Of a stretch of 60,343 nt of DNA, positions 8,628 through 18,700 are shown one piece after another. This stretch comes from a virus. Its lineage: Duplodnaviria > Caudoviricetes. The notes beneath the pieces are model-generated. The model saw nothing but the letters and a program-made list of their open reading frames with translations. It was not told where the DNA came from and searched no databases. The DNA lies in the IMG/VR virus record IMGVR_UViG_3300042940_002972, positions 1 to 60,343 of that record; one strand, written 5' to 3'. The position numbers were made by a program, and so were the translations under genes. Within the stretch, counting starts at the first letter, position 1; each line of letters begins with the position of its first letter.

Positions 8628-11600
8628 TTAAATAAAAGTGAATATACCTGGTGCAACTACAGGTATTAGATTTCCTGTTGTTGTTACAGAGATTTGTAAT
8701 TGTTGTGGTGGAGTGCTTACTATTTGAGGGATAGAAAACTTTATTTTGTTTGTTGATATAAATTGTACTGTTCTAAAATCTACTTGTGTTGTTCCAACTG
8801 TAATAGTTCTTATGTATTCTAAGTTGGTTCCTGAAAGACTGATAACTGTTCCTGTGGTACCGGTGAGCGGTGAGAATGCTGATAATACTGTTGGTGGACA
8901 AGCAGGAATGGTTGTTTGTTGTCCTCCTCCACCTTGATTGAATGAAGTTCCAATGTCAGTTCGCAAACCTACTCTTCCCGCACTTGCAATCGCTTGGTCA
9001 ACTATATTCCCATAAATTCCTAAGAATCTGTCTATGTTTGATTCATAATATTCGAGTGTTACTTGTGCCGAAGGGAATGCTGTGCAGTAGTATTCAATTA
9101 TTTTATCTTTGAAAACTCCACCGGTAATTTGTGAAATTCTGGGTGTGATTAAACCTGTCATAAATTTCAGGTAGGTATTCACATCGTTGAATTTTGCTGC
9201 GGGGAGTGATTTTTCACCACTTATTGTTTTGGTTTTGATACATGAATAAACATTAGGTACAAAATCTTGTGTTAAAGATGCCGCTATTGATTTGTCTAAT
9301 GTTATATTACTAAAGTTGAAATCGTATGCAACAAATTCCCCCTTAGGGTCACCAGCTATACTAAATGTTCTCATGTAAGACAAAACGTATACAATAGTCT
9401 GAAGTTCTGCATTAGGTGCCGTGCCTGTGTATGTTTTTAGACTATCTGAGAAATCGGTCGCGGTCAACTTCGTAAGTTGTCCCGTTGTAGATTCAAGTCT
9501 ATCAAATTGTGGCGATAAATTTGCCCTACAAGCATTTTGAGCATCAACAGAAAGATTATTCGAATTTTGGATTAGATTTGTTTCTTTTCCTTGATTTGTA
9601 GTTGTTATAGTTGTGTTTTGGTCTGTCTTCTGTATTACTAAGTTTTCTAGTTGTGTTAAAAGGTTTTGATTTATCTTTTGTAGATAGTTATCCTCCACAG
9701 GGTAGTCATATATACCTTGTCTTACACCTGTAAAATTTGTTGTAAAATCGCCTGGTGTAATTGTATGAGATACATCTGTAATCAAATAGGGACCGTTGAA
9801 CATAGGTACGTGTCTGAGATTGAAATACATCGTTGGTTGAATTAGTGCGTTACCCATTGCACTAACCTCACACTGGTAACTTCTTCTTTTGTAAAAATTG
9901 TAAAGACTTGCGTTTTGAGTACCAACATTCTTAGTATTAGTTTGGTCAGCCATCATTAGAATTGCGGCAATTGATTCAGACGTTGCTTTACCGTTGTCTT
10001 GAGAAACACTGAAAGTTTGAAATACGTTTTGATTTCTTATTCCGATGTCTACGTTGAAACCAACAACTTTGTTAGAAAGACCCCAATCCGTTTTTCCTTG
10101 CTGATTTTCAATTACAGGATTACCAGTAGGGTTTCTCAAATCAAATCCATCGTCCCCAATACCCGTCAACTTTACTGATACACCGAGTTGGTCGGATGGT
10201 TTACCCACGTAAAAACAAACTATTTTGGGACCAGATTTTCTATAGTCAACGTTTGTGAAAGTACCCCACATGTTATCGGCAAAATCCAAAGTGGATTCTG
10301 TATTTGGGCTTTGTATTCCATTTACTTCCTGAACATTATAAAAATTACAATATGCGGGTAATGGCATCACAACAAAATTGTTTTGCATTAGCATTGAACT
10401 CAACAAAGTATAAACACTCATACCTTCGTTCAGGGCATTCTTATTTATCAAATTTTTAACGGAAAAGATATCGAGAACTACCGTCTCCCCAATGTTACGT
10501 GAAGCTCTATCCAAGAATAAAAAATCTTCGAATAGTGTCCTCTGTGAATAATCATATCCCGCAACCCACTTGTCATTCAACGATTTGAAAACGTTATATA
10601 TTTCAACCTTACCTTGTAACCCTGAAAGTCCTGATTGGATTGTCTGTTCTTGAGGCTCTTGAACATCAGGTAGTTTAGCTTGAGTGGATATTATAACTTG
10701 ATTTAACAAATCACCTTGGAAAGTTTCGTTGTTGTTCAAATACGCAGTCAAATTGTCTCTGAAATTTGTAACCAATAAATTAGGATTATTCAATCTTTGG
10801 GTCGCATACATTTTGATGATAGGGGCCAACAATCCAACATTCCTTGATGAGAATTCTATGTTGTTATTGATGAAAAAATCTGTGATGTATGAACCGTTGT
10901 CCGTATAAGTTAAATCAGGTATTGATGAAAATCCAACTTCGGTAAGTAATGATTTCCATGCAGGTCCATTCAAATTTTTGGACTGCTGTAGTGAGATACC
11001 CCCACCGGCCGATGGTAAAGTATTTGTTACGTACGGTTGAAAAGTGATTGGTTCAACCACTGTCGGTGTTTGTAAACCGATGGAAACATAAGACTCCCAA
11101 GTTTTTCTGTTGAACTTGGATGGATTACCATTTCTTATAATCACGTCATATTCCATAATCGATTTTATCTGTGATGAAAAATTATTGAATTGATTTGTGA
11201 TTGCTTCCTTAAATAAGTCTTTTGTATTAGTGGCTAGTGTTGGCGTCAATTTCATTGCCTCTCTCATAAAAGCCTGAAAATTTCTTGATATACCATCAAT
11301 TTGTACCGCACTCTTATTTATTTCACTACGAGCGGGTGCATATTTTACGTTTGTAATTGGTGCACAATAATTCAAAAATTCTTTCTCCATCAAATCCAAG
11401 GCTCGTTTGTCGAATACTCCAAAAATTTCTTCCATGGTTGTATAAGCGTTCGAAGACAAAAGTTGAAAAGGAACTATTGTAGACCCATCAGAGTAAATTA
11501 AATTCATATACGAATCTGTATTTGGTTTAATTACTTGATTAGCATCAAAATAACCATAGTTTGAAGCCGCCCATAAACATCTTACTGAACCGTTGTACAT

Positions 11601-14600
11601 TGCTTTATTATCAACCAAATCCGTTGTTGTTGTGGGATTACTTGTCTGATTTGTTACTAATTCATAATTCGTTTGATTCATATTAGCGCCAAAAGATGGT
11701 AGAATATAATACTCTGTACCGAACTCCACTTCATCAGTAGCCGGTACACAAAGATTTATAGTACTATACGCATCCACCAAAGTATTTGGTAGAAGTGCTG
11801 ACCAAGTACTTACATTTACATCTTTGTTGTTTTGTTCCGCAGAAAATTCTGAATTGGGAAATTGATATAATCTTAGCCCGTCAGATACGGCCGATTGTAT
11901 TTCTGAGTTGGTATAACTTTTGAACAAATCTCTACCGTTATAAAAAAAAGCAAAATCGTTCATAACCTTCGGGTAAAAACCTGTCTGTATCTCCAAAATA
12001 TTCTGATTTTGTTTTTCCAAACTTATTTCGTACTTTCTCGGATTTGTTATTGGAAATTGAAACTCATACGTTGTAGTTTTGGAACTAAAGGTTGGGTCAA
12101 AATTTCCTAAATAATCAAAATTGTTCCATATACCGTCTAAAATATCCTTGTTTGTTTCTACATATGTTTTATATCTGTACCATATTGACCCCATCTTCAA
12201 TATCCAAGCATATGGTACTTTATGAATGGCTCCGAATTTATTGAAACATGATGCCATATAATCCAACTCGTTATTTATTCCTAAGCTTTTATATCTCTCT
12301 CTAAGACTTATGAGAGGTAAAGAATTTATGAATAAGTAAGCGGCTTGTATGTAAGGGTTCCTACTTTTATTTTTTTCTAATCTTACACCATTTTGTATTG
12401 CGTTGATAAAAAAAGGTGTATTCAATATTGATGTGGTCTGTACTTTACCCAAATACTTACTTGTTGGTGTCTGAACAAACCCTTCAGTTGGAATCATCCG
12501 AGAAGTGTTATTTATACTACCATCAAAGAACAAATTCATCGTTTGAGTACTGACATTAGGTTGTGTTGATAAACTTTCACTTATTATGCTCGGGGTTGGT
12601 GTTGTTCTGTATCCAAAATTTGTGACGGGTCTTTTGTTTATGTAGTCATACAAATCTGTAAAATTAGAAATCATATTCCTGTCGGCAAATACCGTTATTA
12701 CATTTTTGGTATCAAAAACATTATTCAGTGTTGCAGTAGCACTTTGGGACATGTTAGTCTGAACCCATCCACTTGATGTAAATGGGTAGGTATCAATAAT
12801 TTTGAATTCATTACTGGCATTTTTAGTCAAATCTACCAATGGTTTCAAATCTGCACTTTGTTGTGGGTCCAGTCCCAACTCTGTGGTTTTCAAAATTGAA
12901 AATGGATTGTCAGTCAGTTCTTTAAGATAGGATGTAACAAAAAATCCACGTTCATAATTATAGTAAGACGGACCCGTTCCATTATTTGAAATTTGTTTAA
13001 GAAAAGTGGGGTAGTTTTGAGAATTCAAATTTGTGTTTTTTAATTTGAATGTTATACCAGGATTATTTACTCCAAGACTTTCTATGATGTTGTTAGTTTC
13101 TACACTTGTATTCAACGTAATGAAGGGTGAGACTTGGTTGGGTAAAGCCCTACTGAAATTAGAATAATTTGCTGTGACATATTCTCTTTCCCATATTTCG
13201 TAAAAATATCTTACCTCTTGCTTATTTGAATAAATAACATTCGAAGTTGGGTACTCTATGGCATTTATTTGTATTGCAAATGTTGTAAGTTGACTTTCAA
13301 TCGGAGTTTGGGTGGAGGGAATATTATCTTTCATTATCAAACCCTTTATGTATTCTTCAACGAATTCAACTTCAGGCCATTTTGAAAAATCTGACGCCTG
13401 AGTAATTTTGACAACCGATGGTGCACCCAAATATTGTAGTTGAAATCTTCCCTTTTTATCGTCGGGACTTTCAACAAAAAATTGTGGCCATGGATAAACA
13501 GGTGTTTGTCCATTCACTATTCCTTGGTTCGCACCAGCCGCTTGTGAAGTAATTTGAACAACAGTTTGTGCTTCTGTGTTTTTTGCTGATGAACCATTTT
13601 TTTGAATTGCTAACGCTCTCACAGGGTCGTACTTCACACTCCAAGCCTTTGTGTGACAATCATCCAGAAGCCTTATAAAACCCTCCGTGTTTGCCATTAT
13701 AACTGCGCACATATTTCTCACTGTAGGGTTAAATCCGATTCCTGTTGATTTGTCCTGAATCAGTAATTTTAATTCTTCAGTTATAGCGGTTTCGTAGGCT
13801 TTGAGTTTTTTTAGAGCATCTTCTTCTATTTGATTTACTGTTTGGGTGAATCCATTCTGTTGGTCAAAATTGAAAAATACAGGGTCGCTTTGTACTGTGG
13901 TGCCATTTATAACGGTACCCTTTTTTGCCAATAGAATGTCCAAATTATTTTGGGTTGTTGTTTTTTGAACGTCATTAGCACTTATGACATTGAAAAAAGA
14001 CGCCGCTGTCGCATCTTTATTTATTTGACTTATATCAATTGTTATTTGTATTTGATTTGGGGTAAGTTTGTCTAATTTTATATTTTCATTGCTATCCTCG
14101 CCTAATGTTGGATTTTTTTTCAATTCACTCAAACTCCTATCAAAAATTGTATTTAAATTTTTTATTGCTGCTGTTTGTGAAACTAAATTTGTTTGAAGTT
14201 CCTTTTTGAAAAAATAAACTCTATTGTTGTTATTGAGAATGATGGCTCTTGGGTCCAAATTAGTTAGAAACCATGAAGTATTCTGTGGGCCAATTAAACT
14301 TTCTACAAAAGCTTTCAAGGTCTTCAAATAGTTTCTTATATTAGTCAATGGTTCTACATTCACTAAGGGGTAAGAATTTACAACATTTTTTTCAAACATT
14401 TCAAGTTTGTTCATCAATTGTAATAAAGTTAACTCAGGAAAATCTTGAGGAATTAAACCTTTGCTTTTGTATTCACTATAAACTTCAACAACCTTCTCAT
14501 ACCCCCTCTCAGTTACAAATTCTGCATAAACTGTATTTTCAGCACGAGTTGCTGTAGTAGTTCCACCCTGTTGGGCTGAGGATGAATTCTGTAAACTTTG

Positions 14601-15422
14601 ATTATTTGTTGCGGGATTAGCCACAACAGGTTCCAAACTTGTTGCGAATCTTTTATTATACATGTGAGGGGTTGCCAAAAGATGTGATATTAAAATTTCA
14701 TTTAATATATTAAACTTGAACCCCTTGAATTCTAAAGTGATTGAATAATTACCTGTTGAAGTATTGAACCTTGCGTCAAACTTTTCCAAGTATAGTTGGT
14801 ATTTTATTGCCTGTCCGTAATACCCTTTTAGCGTCAAATAAAATTGAGGATAAGGTAAAGTAAAAAAAGCGGCATACGGGGAGTTATCTCCAAGTTGGAA
14901 TAAAGCCCTTCCTTGAACATCTTCCAATTGCATTGAAACTGATGGAATAAAACTTGTTCCAAGTTTACAGATAATAGAGGTGATACCCAATAAACCGTTG
15001 TCAGTAACATTTTGTTGGTCCAAAACAGTATCAACAAAGTATGCTTTATTACCACGTGTGACGGTTTTCTCCAATTTGGCATTAGTAAATTGACCACTCA
15101 AAGCATCTTTACCTGTCAATTCATCATAGTAACCTGTACCTAAGTAATTATTTTTGGTTGGTTTTAGAAAATTTATTCTAGCAATAGTCATACTAGTGTT
15201 TACGTTTTCATTTGGTTGTATACCTAAAGCAAGTTTTGTTCTTGGTAATATTTGGGCCTCCAAATTAGCATACATCACCAAATTTTCGTGGTCTACAATT
15301 CTTTCACTTATTCTACCCGTACTATCAATAGTCTTATTTGGGTCAATTAAAATGATATTATCATAATCGAATTCAGGTAAAATATGACCACTTAAATCTC
15401 CTTGTATATTACTACCTGCCAT
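8628..15422 (-). CDS. Very large baseplate hub-like protein (gp27/gpD-like) with C-terminal IPT/TIG-like domain
   Basis: GNALIQPTMYFNL...GPYLITDVSHTITPGDFTTNFTGVR resembles the hub C-terminal signature; FSPLTGTTGTVISLSGTNL is IPT/TIG-like; lies after the LysM wedge gene. Confidence 0.65.
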   Translation of the reverse strand: MAGSNIQGDLSGHILPEFDYDNIILIDPNKTIDSTGRISERIVDHENLVMYANLEAQILPRTKLALGIQPNENVNTSMTIARINFLKPTKNNYLGTGYYDELTGKDALSGQFTNAKLEKTVTRGNKAYFVDTVLDQQNVTDNGLLGITSIICKLGTSFIPSVSMQLEDVQGRALFQLGDNSPYAAFFTLPYPQFYLTLKGYYGQAIKYQLYLEKFDARFNTSTGNYSITLEFKGFKFNILNEILISHLLATPHMYNKRFATSLEPVVANPATNNQSLQNSSSAQQGGTTTATRAENTVYAEFVTERGYEKVVEVYSEYKSKGLIPQDFPELTLLQLMNKLEMFEKNVVNSYPLVNVEPLTNIRNYLKTLKAFVESLIGPQNTSWFLTNLDPRAIILNNNNRVYFFKKELQTNLVSQTAAIKNLNTIFDRSLSELKKNPTLGEDSNENIKLDKLTPNQIQITIDISQINKDATAASFFNVISANDVQKTTTQNNLDILLAKKGTVINGTTVQSDPVFFNFDQQNGFTQTVNQIEEDALKKLKAYETAITEELKLLIQDKSTGIGFNPTVRNMCAVIMANTEGFIRLLDDCHTKAWSVKYDPVRALAIQKNGSSAKNTEAQTVVQITSQAAGANQGIVNGQTPVYPWPQFFVESPDDKKGRFQLQYLGAPSVVKITQASDFSKWPEVEFVEEYIKGLIMKDNIPSTQTPIESQLTTFAIQINAIEYPTSNVIYSNKQEVRYFYEIWEREYVTANYSNFSRALPNQVSPFITLNTSVETNNIIESLGVNNPGITFKLKNTNLNSQNYPTFLKQISNNGTGPSYYNYERGFFVTSYLKELTDNPFSILKTTELGLDPQQSADLKPLVDLTKNASNEFKIIDTYPFTSSGWVQTNMSQSATATLNNVFDTKNVITVFADRNMISNFTDLYDYINKRPVTNFGYRTTPTPSIISESLSTQPNVSTQTMNLFFDGSINNTSRMIPTEGFVQTPTSKYLGKVQTTSILNTPFFINAIQNGVRLEKNKSRNPYIQAAYLFINSLPLISLRERYKSLGINNELDYMASCFNKFGAIHKVPYAWILKMGSIWYRYKTYVETNKDILDGIWNNFDYLGNFDPTFSSKTTTYEFQFPITNPRKYEISLEKQNQNILEIQTGFYPKVMNDFAFFYNGRDLFKSYTNSEIQSAVSDGLRLYQFPNSEFSAEQNNKDVNVSTWSALLPNTLVDAYSTINLCVPATDEVEFGTEYYILPSFGANMNQTNYELVTNQTSNPTTTTDLVDNKAMYNGSVRCLWAASNYGYFDANQVIKPNTDSYMNLIYSDGSTIVPFQLLSSNAYTTMEEIFGVFDKRALDLMEKEFLNYCAPITNVKYAPARSEINKSAVQIDGISRNFQAFMREAMKLTPTLATNTKDLFKEAITNQFNNFSSQIKSIMEYDVIIRNGNPSKFNRKTWESYVSIGLQTPTVVEPITFQPYVTNTLPSAGGGISLQQSKNLNGPAWKSLLTEVGFSSIPDLTYTDNGSYITDFFINNNIEFSSRNVGLLAPIIKMYATQRLNNPNLLVTNFRDNLTAYLNNNETFQGDLLNQVIISTQAKLPDVQEPQEQTIQSGLSGLQGKVEIYNVFKSLNDKWVAGYDYSQRTLFEDFLFLDRASRNIGETVVLDIFSVKNLINKNALNEGMSVYTLLSSMLMQNNFVVMPLPAYCNFYNVQEVNGIQSPNTESTLDFADNMWGTFTNVDYRKSGPKIVCFYVGKPSDQLGVSVKLTGIGDDGFDLRNPTGNPVIENQQGKTDWGLSNKVVGFNVDIGIRNQNVFQTFSVSQDNGKATSESIAAILMMADQTNTKNVGTQNASLYNFYKRRSYQCEVSAMGNALIQPTMYFNLRHVPMFNGPYLITDVSHTITPGDFTTNFTGVRQGIYDYPVEDNYLQKINQNLLTQLENLVIQKTDQNTTITTTNQGKETNLIQNSNNLSVDAQNACRANLSPQFDRLESTTGQLTKLTATDFSDSLKTYTGTAPNAELQTIVYVLSYMRTFSIAGDPKGEFVAYDFNFSNITLDKSIAASLTQDFVPNVYSCIKTKTISGEKSLPAAKFNDVNTYLKFMTGLITPRISQITGGVFKDKIIEYYCTAFPSAQVTLEYYESNIDRFLGIYGNIVDQAIASAGRVGLRTDIGTSFNQGGGGQQTTIPACPPTVLSAFSPLTGTTGTVISLSGTNLEYIRTITVGTTQVDFRTVQFISTNKIKFSIPQIVSTPPQQLQISVTTTGNLIPVVAPGIFTFI

Positions 15423-15735
15423 AATAATAAAAATATTGTTCTACAGCTGTTTTATAATCTTGGAGGGACGGTATCAGAGGGAACGGTATCACCAAGATAG
15501 CACCATCATAGATGTAATTTTCTAGTCCCCCGAAAATTGGATTAGCCTGTAGAATCAACCATCCAAATACAGGGGAACTATAATATTGTTGTGAAATTCT
15601 ATCTAATCTACTTTGACCTACTTTGTAAATGTATGTTTGGTCTGTAGTTTTTGCGGGAATAGTCACATATGGAACTATAGTTTGTTCTCCGTTGAATGTA
15701 AATTCATTATATCTGTTGTAATAAGGGTATGACAT
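15412..15735 (-). CDS. LysM-like baseplate wedge protein (gp53/P2 gpX-like)
   Basis: RLDRISQQYYSSPVFGWLILQANP pattern; ATG at 15735 overlaps the upstream TGA. Confidence 0.75.
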   Translation of the reverse strand: MSYPYYNRYNEFTFNGEQTIVPYVTIPAKTTDQTYIYKVGQSRLDRISQQYYSSPVFGWLILQANPIFGGLENYIYDGAILVIPFPLIPSLQDYKTAVEQYFYYYGR

Positions 15736-18700
15736 CAATTCAATTTAACTTTGGATATAAGAACGTCTCCACCAGGTGTTGTTGGCGTGTTCCATTTATT
15801 ATCTGTATTTTGGTTTGTTTTTGCCCCCAAAGATTTTATTAAAATTTCTTGATTTGGGTCAGGAGCGCTGGATTTTGAATAGTCAAACTCCCTCGGTTTA
15901 CCTAATGGGAATGGTGTAAAATTCAGAAAGTTTTTCATTTGATTTGTTTCCATTTCGTTCAAAAAGGTCTGTGTTAGAGAATCTTCTTCATCAAATGCGG
16001 GTTTTACAATTCCTGTCCAATATGCATCAAATTCTTCAGAATACCTCATAGAAGCGCCCCTTGGGGCTAAAGATTGATTTTCAATCAAATTTCCTATCAT
16101 CGCATTCTTAAAAGTTTGATAAGCATCTCCTTTCAAATCATTTGATAAAACCATGTATTGTCTCCTGAACGGGTTTCCACTGAACAGAGGGTTTTTACTA
16201 AAAGGAAAAAATACATCATTTTTTATTGTACTTATTTCAGTGCTGTTTATTCTAACTAAAATACCGGTATAAGTGTCAGAACCCACAGTAAAATTTACAT
16301 TACTTGTAATTTTTGTGTAGAAATCATTCAAACTTACTTTGATTATATCTATATCTTGGTCAAGCTCTTCGTTAGTTTTTGTAGGAGGGTTAGGATTACC
16401 CGCATTCACAGGTCCAACTCCGGTCGTTCCCGTCACCCAATAAATCACCACGTTTCCATTAGTCTCTTGGAACCCGTCGGTATTGTCCCAAGAGGTTCCT
16501 GAATACGGAACAATATTGGCACGACTTACGTATTGTAGATATGCTTGTTGTGTGTTTACAACATCTTGGACTATAGTAGTTGCGGCATTTATGAAAGTAC
16601 CTTGTTTGGCTCTAACCAAGTCCAAATAATTTCGTTTCATTTGGTCTTTAGCCGCTCTTGAAAAATCTTTATCTGTATTACTTATCCATTCAATCCAAGG
16701 GTCTTGACCGGCATTTATTTGAGCAATCATGTCAGTGAAAACTTTGTTTACATTTTTTTGTAAATTGTCTGCCTTTCCATACAAATATGTAATAGTGTTA
16801 GGGTCTGTATAAAAAGTTCCCTCTTGGTATTTTCTCTCTATACTCCATTGTTGTAACATGGCATTGTTATATTGAGAAAAAATTGATTTACTTTGGTTGA
16901 ATACAGAAGTGAAATAAGTTTGGGTTGTTGATACAAAAGTATCCATAAAATTTTTATAACTTATTCTTCCTGTCTCATCCGTTGCGGTGATAACGTTTGT
17001 CTGTCTATCACCTATGGTAGTACTGTTACTTAGAGCAGCAATATTTTGAACTTGATTGGTTGTTGGTGCGGTAGGTTGAGCAACTGATTGTAAAAATTCT
17101 TTATCAAGTACTTTATAAGAATCGTCGGTGGGGTCTGCCCTGTCATCCCACATCTCTGTATTTGCGTAATAATTGAATGTTAGTGCGTTTTGTAATTTAT
17201 CAACAGCAGTTTTTAAACCTTGTCCCCCAACAAAATTAAAGTTCAGAGTTATATTTGCAATCATAGGTTGAATACCTATCCCTTCAGGATTTATATCCAG
17301 TCCCTCAAAAGCTAAACTCAAACTAGTCGGAATTATTTTTGTATTATAAAAATCCCCCACCCTTAGTATCAAAACAGGTGGTGTTCCAAATGCGGTGTTT
17401 ACAGCATTGTTATATTCTAATTCATAGGTACCACCAGCAGTGGCTTTCACAGTAGGGATTGTATCACCTGGTCTCATACATTGTTGTAAGAATGTCAATC
17501 TAGAATTCAAGCCCTCTGGGGTTGTGGAGTGGAAAGAAGGTTGGAAAAACTTCAATTTGTCTTTCAAATTATCGTATAACATGGGAGAGTCTTGTTTGAT
17601 GGTCTCAAAATAATCACATTCTGATATGAGAGCCCTTACAATTCTTTTGGATATGTTATCCGTTGGTCTAAATTTAGGTTCAACTCTTGTAGGCGGAGAT
17701 GGTGGAATTGAAGTGTTCGTTGGTTGAGTTGGCACTATGTTTGGCGGTTGTTGTGAAGGTTCGGGTGCACTTATTGTTATAGATTTTATTTTTACCCTTC
17801 TACATGCCATTGCTGTTGAATTTGTAATTGATTGACCGGCAAGACTATTATTGTTATCATCGTTGTCCGAACAACTTTGAAACTCTGTATTTGAAATAAA
17901 CTGATTCGAACTAGCATCCCATTGGAAAACTTGAACTTTTTCCGCCCCTTCTCCGAGTGGGTTTTCAGTGAAAGTTATTCTTCCTGATTGTATATAAGAA
18001 TTCAAAAGTTGGTCTGAAGCAAACAAATTCTTCACACTTTCAATTCTTCTTTTCGAAAGTTCCAAATTATAATCTTTAGTGTTAGCCGCAGAAGCACTAC
18101 CTGTCAAATCAATAACAACTTTGGATAGAGGGTTATTCTTCATTACCGTTCTAAGTTCATTGAATAAATTTACTTGAACGTGGTTGTAATTTTGAGTAAC
18201 TACATTATTGATAAAAACTCCTTGTGATGCATAAGTTGTGGTACTTTGATTTATATAATCCGTATAATATTGTGAATAACTTCCAACTACCGGTGATACC
18301 GAAGGTGGTGCTGGTATATCGTTAGGGAAATAAAGTGCAAAGTTTTGGAATTGTTTAAGTGTATCTTGTGGTGTATTCTGTGATGGTTGTGTGATTGGTT
18401 GTGAACTATTTTGTGTGTCCCTCGCGCCTGTAGCCAAAGTGTTTTTAGCCACCTCCACCTGTTCTTTACTAAGATTTTTCGATGATATTGCCTGTTGTAT
18501 ATCTTGTAATTCATTCGGAGGTATTGTATAGTATCTTTTCGCTAATTCATACAAATCATATTTTTTACAACCCGCAAAGAAAGATTCCAAAATACCATCA
18601 ATTCTTTCTTTATTACTTTCGTTATTTAAAACTTTATTTACTATAACATTTAGAACCGAAGGATGGTCTACAACAATTTTCCATTGTAAACTACCACCCC

